This document shows positions 40,590 to 50,857 of a stretch of 64,000 nucleotides of DNA, piece after piece. A program made the position numbers and the translations under genes. Position 1 is the first letter of the stretch; each line of letters begins with the position of its first letter. The DNA lies in the NCBI GenBank assembly GCA_050251945.1, contig JBFWLW010000002.1:224001-288000 (forward strand). The letters run 5' to 3'. This stretch comes from Deferribacterales bacterium. Its GTDB lineage: Bacteria; Chrysiogenota; Deferribacteres; Deferribacterales; Geovibrionaceae. The notes under the pieces were generated by a model. That model saw only the letters and a list, made by a program, of their open reading frames with translations. It did no database searches and had not been told where the DNA came from.

Positions 40590-41468
40590 ATGTCGGATGT
40601 CCTTTTTTATCTTATGATGGTTCTCGCCATGGTAAGCTGGGGCGAATCATGGGTTTCCGCAAAGGTCGTCGCCAAGATGGCATCACCGGAAGTTCTCATG
40701 TTCTGGCGTTTTTTCCTCACGTTCATATCATACATTCCGGTCATGATTTACCTTAAACAGACTTTTTACATAAGCCGCAAAGGGATACTGTTCACCCTCG
40801 TCTGTTCGGTCGTACTTCTGCTTTATAATGAAATGTTCTTCACCGGACTGATATACGGCATGGCGAGCGTCGGCGGGATACTTGTAACAACACTTATTCC
40901 TGTCGTCACATTCCTTCTGGTGAGCGTACTGAGCCTCAAGGCGCCTTCACTTAAGGACTCCTTCGGGCTTATCCTCGGCGCATGCGGCGCAATGGTAATC
41001 ATTAAGATATGGGATACAGACATTGAAAAACTGTTCCTCAGCGGGAATATATATTTCCTCACGGCGGCGTTTCTCTGGGCTGTGCTTACATATCTCGGAG
41101 CTTTCGTTAAAAAATACACCAACGTCTTCACATACAGCTTCTACCTTTACCTGTTCACCACAGGGCTGATAGCGCTGACCATCATGGCGAAAGGCTTAAG
41201 CTATTCCGTTCCCCATACATTCGTTTTCTGGAGTAATATGACGCTTCTGGCGGTGGGAGCAACGACTTTCGGTTCCACGCTGTTCTTTATTGCGGCAGCG
41301 AGGCTCGGTTCTCAGAAAACAAGCTCTTTCGTTTACCTTGTGCCTGTGAACGCGCTGGGACTAAGCTGGTTCTTCCTCGGTGAACAGATACACATCAACA
41401 CCGTTATCGGCGGTCTGCTTGTTTTCATGGCTGTCTACATTATAAATAAAAGAACTAAAAAAGCTTAA
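40590..41468 (+). CDS. DMT/EamA-family transporter
   Basis: About 10 hydrophobic segments; SWGESW...WRF and YLVPV...LGEQI EamA repeats. Confidence 0.88.
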   Translation: MSDVLFYLMMVLAMVSWGESWVSAKVVAKMASPEVLMFWRFFLTFISYIPVMIYLKQTFYISRKGILFTLVCSVVLLLYNEMFFTGLIYGMASVGGILVTTLIPVVTFLLVSVLSLKAPSLKDSFGLILGACGAMVIIKIWDTDIEKLFLSGNIYFLTAAFLWAVLTYLGAFVKKYTNVFTYSFYLYLFTTGLIALTIMAKGLSYSVPHTFVFWSNMTLLAVGATTFGSTLFFIAAARLGSQKTSSFVYLVPVNALGLSWFFLGEQIHINTVIGGLLVFMAVYIINKRTKKA

Positions 41469-42928
41469 AGATACAGTCCCTTTCCTGTCATCGCCCCGTA
41501 AAGATGCACATACGCATCAGCCGATTTTTTCCATCCGAAATCCTGTTTCATAGCCCTTTTGCGCATGGATTCTATGTGCAGCGGGCGGTCGTAATATGTG
41601 CTGACTGCCCATCCTATCGTATCAAAAAGTGCGTCTGCGCTGATAGCCCAGAATTTAAATCCGGTTCCGCCGCCCGTCGATTCTTCATAGTTTTCCACTG
41701 TGTCGTCAAGACCGCCTGTGGCGCGGACAACAGGAAGCGTGCCGTATGCCAGACTGTACATCTGGTTAAGCCCGCAGGGTTCATAGAGCGACGGCATGAC
41801 GAAAAAGTCACATCCGGCTTCCACAAGATGCGCAAGCTCTTCGCTGTATCCGATATAAGACCCTATCTCTCCGGGATATCTGGCAGGCAGACCGCTGAAA
41901 AATTCCTCGTAATTCTGTTCGCCTGAACCGACGACAACAAACTGACAAACCATCTCGTTCATAGCCCGTACACAGGCGTCTTTCAGCAGGTAAAGCCCCT
42001 TCTGGTCAACAAAACGCCCAACAAACCCGAAAAGCGCAACTCCGGCATCCTGTTTCAGCCCGAAACGCTTCTGGAGTTCCAGCTTATTCTTTGTTTTCGT
42101 TTTAAGCGTCTTCGCATCGTAAGGATACGGAATATACGTATCTTTTTTGGGGTTCCATACGTTCGTGTCTATGCCGTTCAGTATACCGACGAGATCGCTC
42201 CCGCGGGCGTTCAGCAGTTCATGCAGACCCGAAGAGCCGATCGGTCCGCGTATTTCTGCCGCATAGGTGGGACTTACTGTGGTTATCTTATCGGCAAAGG
42301 CAAGCCCGCCTTTCAGAAGGTTCACGCCGCCATAGTTTTCAAAAGCTCCCGCATGGAAATCTTCAGTTTCTATTCCGGCATACTCCATGAACTCACTGCC
42401 GAAGATACCCTGATATCCTATATTGTGAATGGTTATTATACTTTTTGTCCGGGCAAAGAAAGGGTCGCCCCACTTCTTTATATAATAAGGTATAAGAGCC
42501 GTCTGCCAGTCGTTCACATGGGCTACGTCCGGTTTGAAATCGAGGTCTTTCGCCGCCTGCAATGCCGCGCGGCAGAGGAACGAAAAACGGAACGGGTTGT
42601 CGCCGTATTCACCGGCTTTCGTGTGGTATATTCCGGCTCTGTTAAAATATTTATCGAACTCTACAAAATAGAAATCAACGTTGTCGTATTTTGTGTGATA
42701 AAGCGCATAAAATTCCTCGCAGTTGCCCATATGCACACAGCATCCGGCGGCGGCGAGTTTTATGTCATATTTTTCCCTGTCCACAGACGAATAGAGGGGG
42801 GAAACCACTATGACGCTGTTATCATGTGATAAAGCGGCGGGAAGAGATCCGGCGACGTCACCGAGTCCGCCTGTTTTTGAAAAGGGGGCAACTTCGCTGG
42901 ATACGAATAATATGTTAAAACCTGACAT
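41465..42928 (-). CDS. glgA: Glycogen synthase
   Basis: KTGGLGDV, HVNDWQT, TIHNIGYQG, MPSLYEPCGLNQMY. Confidence 0.96.
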   Translation of the reverse strand: MSGFNILFVSSEVAPFSKTGGLGDVAGSLPAALSHDNSVIVVSPLYSSVDREKYDIKLAAAGCCVHMGNCEEFYALYHTKYDNVDFYFVEFDKYFNRAGIYHTKAGEYGDNPFRFSFLCRAALQAAKDLDFKPDVAHVNDWQTALIPYYIKKWGDPFFARTKSIITIHNIGYQGIFGSEFMEYAGIETEDFHAGAFENYGGVNLLKGGLAFADKITTVSPTYAAEIRGPIGSSGLHELLNARGSDLVGILNGIDTNVWNPKKDTYIPYPYDAKTLKTKTKNKLELQKRFGLKQDAGVALFGFVGRFVDQKGLYLLKDACVRAMNEMVCQFVVVGSGEQNYEEFFSGLPARYPGEIGSYIGYSEELAHLVEAGCDFFVMPSLYEPCGLNQMYSLAYGTLPVVRATGGLDDTVENYEESTGGGTGFKFWAISADALFDTIGWAVSTYYDRPLHIESMRKRAMKQDFGWKKSADAYVHLYGAMTGKGLYL

Positions 42929-42987
42929 AGATATACCTCATGCCTGATTTTACATCGTATGAGCGGGTGTGTCCAATGATTAAATGA

Positions 42988-43530
42988 TTACAGGACGAAT
43001 CTGACCCCTATGATCCCAAGAATGAATGCGCCGAAATATTCAGCGTAATGTCCGATGTAACCGCGGCTGCGTTTGCCTATGAAAACGCCCAGAAAGCTCA
43101 TCAGCATGCACACAACGCCTATAACGCAGGACGCGGCAATTATTCCGCCGTCCCAGAGAGCAAGCGATATGCCCGCGCCAAGAGCATCCATACTGGTCGC
43201 CAGCGACAGCATCAGAAGAGCAAATCCGACAGTAGGGTCGCTCATATAAACCTTACAAGCCTTGTTCTTATATGCTTCTCGAGCCATATGAAATGCCACA
43301 TAGAAAAGAAACGCGGCCGCCAGATATTTTATGTTACCCGTGTATTTCATGAGTATGCGTCCGGCATACGCGCCAAGAACAGGCATGAGAAACTGAAAAA
43401 AACCGAAAGCGGCGCCTAGACGAATATAGTTTGATGGCTTATTATATTTCATTCCAACGCATATACAGACGCAGAAAGCGTCGATGCTCATCGCAAGAGC
43501 TATGCCGAAAATATCTAAAAAGGTTATCAT
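42988..43530 (-). CDS. mntP: Manganese efflux pump MntP family protein
   Basis: ALAMSIDAF, FGFFQFLMP, LATSMDAL. Confidence 0.88.
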   Translation of the reverse strand: MITFLDIFGIALAMSIDAFCVCICVGMKYNKPSNYIRLGAAFGFFQFLMPVLGAYAGRILMKYTGNIKYLAAAFLFYVAFHMAREAYKNKACKVYMSDPTVGFALLMLSLATSMDALGAGISLALWDGGIIAASCVIGVVCMLMSFLGVFIGKRSRGYIGHYAEYFGAFILGIIGVRFVL

Positions 43531-43623
43531 TCTGCACCGTGTGATTTATACTGAACTGAATCATATAGAGAGCCGATCAAAAAAACAAGTCTGTATCCGT
43601 ATAAAAAATACTCTTAAATAATA

Positions 43624-44268
43624 TCAGGACAGACCGTCCGGTGTAAGGTATTTTATCTGCGCACCCATTTTGTTGACAAAGTCCAGATCGTGCGAAACTA
43701 TCAGCATACTTTTATCTATGGATGAAAGTATTTGCGCAAGCTGGTTCACTGATTTTTCGTCAAGTCCCGCCGAAGGCTCGTCCAGAAGCAGGATATCAGG
43801 TTTCATCACCAGCACGGAAGCCAGAGTGACAAGCTTCTTCTCACCGCCTGAGAGGTGCAGCGTTATTCTGTCGCGAAGATGCGGGATACCGAGTTCCGCA
43901 AGAATTGCATCCGCCTGTGCCTGTGCCTCTGACGGTTTCATCCGGCTGTTAAGAAGCCCGAACGCCACCTCTTCAATGACTGTCGGCGCTATTATCTGAT
44001 CGTCGCTGTCCTGAAAAACAAAGCCTATATGCCCGCGCGCCATCTTAAAATCATCTTCCGTGACAAGTTCGTGGTGGAATATTTCTATTGTGCCGGACTG
44101 AACGCGGCAAAGACCGACGATAGCCTTAAGCAGGGTGGTCTTGCCCGCGCCGTTTGGTCCCATAACAGCTATCTTGTCCTTATGACCGACACTCAGCGTA
44201 ACGTTTTTAAAAAGCGTATCGCCGTTTCTTGACAGCGAAAGGTCTTTCAGAGTGATGGAACAGCTCAC
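43624..44268 (-). CDS. cbiO: ECF-type Ni/Co transporter ATPase (NikO/CbiO)
   Basis: GPNGAGKTT, FQDSDDQ, LSGGEKK, LLLDEP. Confidence 0.88.
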   Translation of the reverse strand: MSCSITLKDLSLSRNGDTLFKNVTLSVGHKDKIAVMGPNGAGKTTLLKAIVGLCRVQSGTIEIFHHELVTEDDFKMARGHIGFVFQDSDDQIIAPTVIEEVAFGLLNSRMKPSEAQAQADAILAELGIPHLRDRITLHLSGGEKKLVTLASVLVMKPDILLLDEPSAGLDEKSVNQLAQILSSIDKSMLIVSHDLDFVNKMGAQIKYLTPDGLS

Positions 44269-44921
44269 GCAAGCCCCCCGTATATAAGAATGAACTGGAA
44301 CACAAGAAGTGCCGCCGCAACAACATCCGCAGGAAAGAACGGGCGGAAGTTGAAAGGATACAGTTTACCGGAAAAACCGCGCATCTTCATCGCCTGCGTG
44401 AGCGCCTGTGCCCTGTCCATACTGCGCACAAGGAGCATGCCAAGCAGATACGCAAGAGTTTTGTAGGTAAAAGCGTCAGTTTTCGGACGGAAATTCCTGA
44501 CCTTAAGCGAATTTCGCATCTTCTCGTATTCGTTTCCGATTATTTCAATATATTTTACCGCAAAAAACAGCAGAACCGTAAATTTATGCGGCAGTCTGAG
44601 CGTATAAAAACCGTAATAAAAATCAGTTGAGTTCATCCCGCAGAACATCGCAGCCGTCGCGCATACTATCAGGTTATAACGCAGGAAGATAAGAAACGCG
44701 TGCTGAGCATCGTCCCCGAAAAGATATACCGTCGCGCAAATGAATAAGATCATAAGGTTAAGCTTTAATATGCGGAAAAAATACTGCGGCAGGAAGTTGA
44801 TCCGAAGAAGCATTATCCCCGCTGCGAATATCGAATCCGCCGGAGTTATCTGCTGCTGAAAAGCTATCATGCATGAATAAACCGCCGCGCAGAATATGCC
44901 GGCTGCCGGAGAAAATCTCAT
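44265..44921 (-). CDS. cbiQ: ECF transporter T component (NikQ/CbiQ)
   Basis: Hydrophobic N-terminal half; LKVRNF and AMKMRGF coupling motifs. Confidence 0.85.
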   Translation of the reverse strand: MRFSPAAGIFCAAVYSCMIAFQQQITPADSIFAAGIMLLRINFLPQYFFRILKLNLMILFICATVYLFGDDAQHAFLIFLRYNLIVCATAAMFCGMNSTDFYYGFYTLRLPHKFTVLLFFAVKYIEIIGNEYEKMRNSLKVRNFRPKTDAFTYKTLAYLLGMLLVRSMDRAQALTQAMKMRGFSGKLYPFNFRPFFPADVVAAALLVFQFILIYGGLA

Positions 44922-45433
44922 TTTTTCTTAACTATCATAGCTATTCCGAAAATACCAAGAATATAGCCTATCCCTGCTATTATCATATCGAGATGGCTTC
45001 TGCCCTTGTCAATCTCCGCCTTAAGCTCCGCAGTCTGTTTTGAAAGCTCCTCTCTGATAAGCTGCCTTATCTGTGTGGTATCAACAGACGTTGACGGGGC
45101 GGGTTCTTCGTATGCCATGTTTGTTTCGGCAGAAGATGTTATGCTCTGTTCCGCCCTGTGTCCCATGCCGCCATCGACAATAATTTTCATTTCAGTCGGC
45201 ATTTCACCGTTTTTGGAAAATTCGCCGTTGTTGTCAAGTTTGCCCCCGGCAAATACTTTTCCATCGGCATCAAGCACCTGAAAAGCGCATTCGCGGCAGG
45301 GTGTCCCATCCGCAAAATATGAATTTACAGTGAGAACGTTATTCTCTGCAAAAGCGAGAATATTCAGTTTATGCGCAGACGCTGTTGAAAAAGAAAACAG
45401 TGTCAGCACGGCAATAAAAAGTTTAGTTTTCAT
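44918..45433 (-). CDS. NikL/CbiL-like additional component
   Basis: Signal peptide followed by AHKLNI, YFADG, DGGMGH; C-terminal TM segment GIGYILGIFG. Confidence 0.75.
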   Translation of the reverse strand: MKTKLFIAVLTLFSFSTASAHKLNILAFAENNVLTVNSYFADGTPCRECAFQVLDADGKVFAGGKLDNNGEFSKNGEMPTEMKIIVDGGMGHRAEQSITSSAETNMAYEEPAPSTSVDTTQIRQLIREELSKQTAELKAEIDKGRSHLDMIIAGIGYILGIFGIAMIVKKK

Positions 45434-46031
45434 ATTCGGTTCTCAGAAAGTCCGGATAGACCTTATTTAAAAAATTAAAAAGATACATCGAAACTATCCC
45501 CTCAATGATTATAACAGGGATATGCATCAGAAATATCGCCTTTGCGGTATCATACAGCCTGCTGCCGCTTAATGCAAGCACTGCCGAAAGCAGAACGGCG
45601 GACAACAGCACAGGCATGGAACCTGTCAGAAAGAACAGTATCCATCTTTTCGTTCCCGCTGTCTTCATGCCCAGACGGAACAGGTAATAACCCGCAATGG
45701 CAGGAAGCGCCATGACAAGGATGTTCGTGCCGAGGGTCGTAAACCCGCCGAACTGGAACATAAGCGCCTGTAAAACCAGCGCAACCATTATCGCCGGAAA
45801 GGCACATACGCCAAGCACCGCCCCCACAAGCCCGTTCAGCACAAGATGAACGCTGGTGGGTCCCACCGGAATATGTATGAACGAACCTACAAAGAACAGA
45901 CTGGACATGAGAGCTGTTTTTGCCAGCATCTCCGTCTTCATTTTATAAAACCCGAAAACTGTAAGTGCGGCTCCCGCCGCCCCCGTTGAAATCAGAACAG
46001 GGGCGGACAGTACGCCTTCGGATATATGCAT
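45423..46031 (-). CDS. cbiM: ECF substrate-binding S component (NikM/CbiM)
   Basis: N-terminal metal-binding MHISEG; SVHLVLNG; QFGGFTTLG. Confidence 0.92.
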   Translation of the reverse strand: MHISEGVLSAPVLISTGAAGAALTVFGFYKMKTEMLAKTALMSSLFFVGSFIHIPVGPTSVHLVLNGLVGAVLGVCAFPAIMVALVLQALMFQFGGFTTLGTNILVMALPAIAGYYLFRLGMKTAGTKRWILFFLTGSMPVLLSAVLLSAVLALSGSRLYDTAKAIFLMHIPVIIIEGIVSMYLFNFLNKVYPDFLRTEYEN

Positions 46032-46787
46032 CTATTTGTCACCGTAAGTTTTTACCCATATCAGAGCACCAAGTTCGACAGGATACTGTTTGCCGGCTTT
46101 TTTAATCTTAACGTCATCCTCGATAAGCGCCGCAAACCCCCACCATCCGGCAAAAGGCATCGCATAGGTGAAAACACCGTTGCTGTCGGCTTTCACAACC
46201 TGAGTTATGTGCGCATCTGTGGGCGCTTTCATTTTAGCCCCTGCGTTGTAAAATTCAACCTCAACTTCTGCACCGGACACAGGTTTTCCCTTATAAAGAA
46301 CCTTTCCGGTGAAAACGTTGCCTTTATAAAGCCCGTAAGGACGCGTCAGCGGGACTATCTCCGCTTTAAGCCCGACAGGTGTGTCCCAGCCCTCTTCCAT
46401 ACCAAAGCCGTTAACCACGGTTTTGGTTATGTGCTGGATAAAAGTCGCCTCGGCAGGTTCAAAATAATAATCCGGTGTTACGACAAAAATGTGGTCACCG
46501 GGCTTTTTCATCTGATAGGTGAAATTCCATGCGGTCTTACCGCTCGCTTTAATCTGTTTGATGGCGCCCATCAGGTTCTCTTTTTTACCGTCATGGTAAA
46601 CGTCGACAGCTTTAGGCTTCACCATCTCCATCACAGGTCCCTGCTCAAAAGGGTGTGTGAAGAGCATTTCAAATTTGATGTTGCGGTTTTTCTGCGTTGC
46701 CACGTCTGTATTGGGCATCAGCACCTGAAAGTGCGCGTTGGCATAAAAAGCCGTCAGCAAAAGCATGAAAGTGAGTAACTTTTTCAT
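46032..46787 (-). CDS. DUF4198 periplasmic component (NikK-like)
   Basis: Signal peptide then AHFQVL; FTHPFE; YFEPAE; EIVPLTRPY; GWWGFAAL; GGAGG RBS before the ATG at 46787. Confidence 0.82.
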   Translation of the reverse strand: MKKLLTFMLLLTAFYANAHFQVLMPNTDVATQKNRNIKFEMLFTHPFEQGPVMEMVKPKAVDVYHDGKKENLMGAIKQIKASGKTAWNFTYQMKKPGDHIFVVTPDYYFEPAEATFIQHITKTVVNGFGMEEGWDTPVGLKAEIVPLTRPYGLYKGNVFTGKVLYKGKPVSGAEVEVEFYNAGAKMKAPTDAHITQVVKADSNGVFTYAMPFAGWWGFAALIEDDVKIKKAGKQYPVELGALIWVKTYGDK

Positions 46788-46937
46788 ATGACCTCCCGAA
46801 TTTAATGAAACGATTTTAAATATTAGCACAACACAAGTAATAATAAAATAAAAAAAGTATGAGCTGAATATATTCTGAACTAAAAATCGTGTCAGGCATC
46901 TGATATTTAAAATTAAATTTCTTAAGAAGGTGTTAAC

Positions 46938-47297
46938 ATGAACATGCGAATAATCATTCTGGGAGGGTTGGCTATACTCTCCATATTCAACTTTGCCTTC
47001 GCGCAATATATAGGTCCCAACGCAACAAAAACCTACTCCACAGTGGAGGAAGTGAACAAAAAACCTGTTGACGGCGCGGAAGTTACTTTTAAGGGGTATC
47101 TCCTTAGAAAAGTCGGAAACGAGAAATATATCTTCTCCGACGGCATCGGCGAGATACGGGTGGAAATTGACAACGAAATCTTTCCCAACGTTGCCGTGGG
47201 AGCGAAAACAAAGGTCGAAATAAAAGGTGAGGTTGAAAAAGATTTCCTCGAATCACCGGAAATAGACGTTGATATAATTCAGGTCATGGAAAAATAA
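46938..47297 (+). CDS. YgiW/YdeI-type periplasmic OB-fold protein
   Basis: Signal peptide; EKYIFSDGIGEIRVEID; KVEIKGEVEKD. Confidence 0.85.
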   Translation: MNMRIIILGGLAILSIFNFAFAQYIGPNATKTYSTVEEVNKKPVDGAEVTFKGYLLRKVGNEKYIFSDGIGEIRVEIDNEIFPNVAVGAKTKVEIKGEVEKDFLESPEIDVDIIQVMEK

Positions 47298-47300
47298 AAG

Positions 47301-47476
47301 GGAGCCTTAAGCTCCCTCAGGTTGTTGGCAAACTTGTTAAAAGTTAATGAGATTGCCACGTCAGCCTACAACTTCCTCGCAATGACAGCAATTTACGTCT
47401 TCGCGAGGTGCGTATGCGACGACGCGATCTAGCATTTTACTGACTTTGTCATCAGTCACATGGAGCCTCAAGCTCC
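47301..47476. repeat. Composite MITE-like element: duplicated hairpin flanking imperfect inverted ends and a REP-like pair
   Basis: ggagccttaagctcc (47301) and ggagcctcaagctcc (47462); REP-like inverted pair at 47349-47386 and 47397-47430. Confidence 0.6.
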
Positions 47477-47481
47477 ATGTA

Positions 47482-48372
47482 TCATTTATTAAAAAGAGAA
47501 AAATAATCCACTCTTTCAAATACTTCCAACTTGCCGCCTGCGGTGGCGTTGCGTATCTTTCCGCCTGAACGTTCAAAGAATTTACCCGCCTTGGCGTATC
47601 CTTGTTCCATCCTGTCCACCATAGGGTCGTGCCAGCGCTTGCCCTTTCCGAAATAATCGGGATGGAAATGGTTGGGGTCGTCGCCTGTGGAGGTTATCTT
47701 AAGTCCCTCGACCTCCGCTTCCTGCGGAATTATGTAATGGTGGTCAAAACCTATAAGATAAAGCTCGCGGATGCCGAAGAAATATGCAAGCTGCATGCAG
47801 ACATATGTCACAGATCCGCCTGTGAACACCTGACGTGCGGCGTTAGTCGAAAAATAAGGAAAATCGGGATAGTTGTCATATCGCATACGAACGTTCAGCC
47901 AGTTTGTGCAATCATCCGGTTTAAGACAGTAGCGCAGGTAGTTTCCGAACCATTTCTGGGTTCCTTTCAGCCTGTTTATCTCGTCTGCTCTGTCCTCCGC
48001 AACAAAGTTATCCTCGACAACGTAGTGCGTGGGCAAAAATCCCATCTTTTCATAGTTCAGATATATGCTGTTAACGCCTATAGTTATCTCATCTTTCAGA
48101 AGAGTGAGATCAAGCTTATTGAGACTGGGACCGTTGCCTATCAGAAACCCTCTTTTTCCCTTATGAGCATTATGATATTTCAGAATATTGCGGTGATTTT
48201 CAGTCAGCCCGATGCCGCGCCCCGCCATTTTATACCCGAAAGTCTCCACCACAAGCTCCATCGCGGACGAATCATATTTATCCTTGTATGGTCTGGTGTA
48301 GCCGTCTATAAGCTTTGAGCGTATCTTTCTGTATGCTCTGTAAGGCACCGAATTCTTAATGAGTTCTTTCAT
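47482..48372 (-). CDS. DUF115 (MptE-like/Maf-like) protein, putative ulosonate glycosyltransferase
   Basis: FLIGNGPSL...IGVNSIY...SVTYVCMQLAYFFG..LYLIGFDH; last gene of the polysaccharide operon. Confidence 0.7.
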   Translation of the reverse strand: MKELIKNSVPYRAYRKIRSKLIDGYTRPYKDKYDSSAMELVVETFGYKMAGRGIGLTENHRNILKYHNAHKGKRGFLIGNGPSLNKLDLTLLKDEITIGVNSIYLNYEKMGFLPTHYVVEDNFVAEDRADEINRLKGTQKWFGNYLRYCLKPDDCTNWLNVRMRYDNYPDFPYFSTNAARQVFTGGSVTYVCMQLAYFFGIRELYLIGFDHHYIIPQEAEVEGLKITSTGDDPNHFHPDYFGKGKRWHDPMVDRMEQGYAKAGKFFERSGGKIRNATAGGKLEVFERVDYFSLFNK

Positions 48373-49574
48373 CTGTCACCCTTAATTTTCTGATATATCC
48401 GTTCATAGTTAGCCGCCATAATATCTTCGCCGAAAAACTCTTCCACGAACGGGCGGCAGTTCTTTTTGATACTGTTTATCTTGTCTCTGTTTTCATACAG
48501 ATATTTTATTTTTTCTGAAAGCTGTTTAACGTCATACGGGTCGAAAAGCCAGCCGGTTTGCCCCTCTATAACCATTTCGGGAATGCCGCCTGTTGCGGAA
48601 CCCAGAACAGGAGTCGAACACGCAAGGCTCTCCAGCACGGTGTTGGGCAGGTTGTCCACTATCGACGGAATACAGAACACGTCCGCACAGCTGTAGTATC
48701 TGCTGATGGCGTCTGTGCCGGAAACAGATCCTTTTATGACAAGTCTGGGATCACGCTTGTCAGTCTTCGCCACACTGCCGATGACGACCACCTGCATATC
48801 AAGCTCCGGAACCATTTTGACCGCTTCTATAACCGCATCAATGTTCTTGCGCTTCCATGCGCCTGTTCCGGCAAGAAACAGCAGAGTAAACTTATCGGGG
48901 CTGATGCCGACGTATTCGCAGGCTTCAGCCTTTTCAATATTCCCTATGGACGAGAGCGGGATACCGTTATGCACCATCACAGCTTTCTTGCGTCCTTTAA
49001 GCACAGCGTCCGCAAGGTCTGTCAGCCACATGGACGGCGGGGTAAATGTTACGTTAGCCGCCTTATTACCTGCGATATCCTCAGGACGGTAAAGATGCCT
49101 GCGCCGGCTTTCTATCGGACAGTAGGTTATCTCCTCACCGTCCAGCGCTTTCATCTTATAGTTGTATCCGTACAGTGCGAACTGATCGTGCATTGTCCAC
49201 ACAACAGGGAATTCGCTTGCAAGTTTCGCTATCTGTTTCTGCGTGAAATAGCAGTTGTGCAGATGCACCACGTCAGGCTTGAACTGTCTGACACGGCTTA
49301 AAAAAACCGAAAATATCAGATTTCTGTACACCTCTGTGCGGGTGTACCTCGCCATTGTCCGGACAAGACTGTAGACAGCCTTTTTCGGCAGAGAATAGCT
49401 TCTGCCGAGATGCCAAGGGCGTATACCTGTATTTTTATATAAGGAGTAGTCGTTCTTCTGTTTTTCAAAAACGTACATGACCTCATGGGTCTTCGCCGCT
49501 GCAGCGGCAAGTCTGAATGCGGCGATGGAAGCACCGCAGCCGTAGTCATTCTCACTGTATAAAATGAGCCTCAA
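48369..49574 (-). CDS. GT4-family glycosyltransferase
   Basis: VVHLHN, VVWTMHD, DNLPNTVLESLAC, GGIPEMV. Confidence 0.9.
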   Translation of the reverse strand: MRLILYSENDYGCGASIAAFRLAAAAAKTHEVMYVFEKQKNDYSLYKNTGIRPWHLGRSYSLPKKAVYSLVRTMARYTRTEVYRNLIFSVFLSRVRQFKPDVVHLHNCYFTQKQIAKLASEFPVVWTMHDQFALYGYNYKMKALDGEEITYCPIESRRRHLYRPEDIAGNKAANVTFTPPSMWLTDLADAVLKGRKKAVMVHNGIPLSSIGNIEKAEACEYVGISPDKFTLLFLAGTGAWKRKNIDAVIEAVKMVPELDMQVVVIGSVAKTDKRDPRLVIKGSVSGTDAISRYYSCADVFCIPSIVDNLPNTVLESLACSTPVLGSATGGIPEMVIEGQTGWLFDPYDVKQLSEKIKYLYENRDKINSIKKNCRPFVEEFFGEDIMAANYERIYQKIKGDR

Positions 49575-50857
49575 CCAAAATACCTCTTGTAATATTTCCC
49601 GAACACTTCACGCAAATTGCGGTAAGTGCTAAGTTTGTCACGGACACTTGTATATGGCGTTTTGAAGTGTTCGTCAAGGGTATGCATAAGTTCTGCTGCA
49701 ACTTTCTTCTCCTGCTCGTGCCAGCGGCGGGCTGTATCACCCCGTTCCTTTTCCGCTTCGTTCCATCTTGCGAACTTTTCCGCCTCTTCTTTCTCATGGT
49801 CGTGCCAGCGGTGAAGGGTGGCAAGTTCGTCTTTCAGGTTGTTGCGTATGGTACTGAAATTTTCTATACCCTCTTTAAGAAACTCGCGGGAGAAGGTCAG
49901 TTTTTCCAGATATGCCATTATATCCGAATAATTTGCAGACGTATCAACAACTGCGGCGTTATCGCACGGTCTGAACACCGCCTCTGCCTTTTCGTTGGCT
50001 GCCAGTGTTTCAAATCCGCCCTCCGCAAGGATCGCAGTGAGCGACACTCTGTTGAAGTTGTACATGTGCGCATGGATAACATATTCAAGAAAGTCAAAAT
50101 TGTAAGTGGCAATATTGCCTATATTGCAAAGCCCCGGAACCTCTATATAAAGAAGTCCTTCCGGCTTAATCAGTTTTTTAATTTTAGACATCTCTGCCTT
50201 AAGGTCGGTGAAATGCTCAAAAACGTGACTCAGTATGAGTACGTCATATGTTCCGCCCTTCGCGATCATCGTGTCCAGATCGCCGTATACGATGTTTACG
50301 CCAGCCTGCCGGCACTCCTCAATACAGTCGTAGCTGTATTCCGTGCCTTCGGCGCTGACAGCAACTTCCTCTTTTGCCGCCTCCGCTGTAAACTCTTTGA
50401 GAACGTTGCCTGTTCCGGCGCCTATCTCCAGAAGAGAAAGTTCTTTCTTATCCGGCAGATAAGGTTTCAGCATACGGTATATCTTGTTTCCCTGCCACAG
50501 ACGGAAAAGCGCCTGCTGGTCGTGAACGTGCAGATGTCCGTAGTTCAGGACATGGTAAAATCTGTCGTAATATTCGGGAAGAGATGACGGCGCTATGCGT
50601 GGCGAAGTTATCACCAGCCCGCATTTTTTGCAGATAAGAGAACTGAAAGGCAGCCCGAAACGGTCAATATCGGCTATTTTTTCAAGCTCTTCGCTGCCGC
50701 ACTGACAGGAAGTGACCTCTTCGGTTTTTATTTTACCGTTTTTTATGTATTCCAGAAAAAGAAGACGCTGCTGTTCGGCGTTTTCGTTCAGCTTTCTGGG
50801 TATTCGGTCTTTTTCAAAAAGGATATTGCGGAACTGAGGAAAATTGATGTCACTCAT
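49571..50857 (-). CDS. Class I SAM methyltransferase with an N-terminal Cys cluster and a C-terminal repeat/coiled coil
   Basis: CQCG...CKKCG; LEIGAGTG; SHVFEH; YIEVP; tail of RWxxxEK repeats. Confidence 0.82.
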   Translation of the reverse strand: MSDINFPQFRNILFEKDRIPRKLNENAEQQRLLFLEYIKNGKIKTEEVTSCQCGSEELEKIADIDRFGLPFSSLICKKCGLVITSPRIAPSSLPEYYDRFYHVLNYGHLHVHDQQALFRLWQGNKIYRMLKPYLPDKKELSLLEIGAGTGNVLKEFTAEAAKEEVAVSAEGTEYSYDCIEECRQAGVNIVYGDLDTMIAKGGTYDVLILSHVFEHFTDLKAEMSKIKKLIKPEGLLYIEVPGLCNIGNIATYNFDFLEYVIHAHMYNFNRVSLTAILAEGGFETLAANEKAEAVFRPCDNAAVVDTSANYSDIMAYLEKLTFSREFLKEGIENFSTIRNNLKDELATLHRWHDHEKEEAEKFARWNEAEKERGDTARRWHEQEKKVAAELMHTLDEHFKTPYTSVRDKLSTYRNLREVFGKYYKRYFG

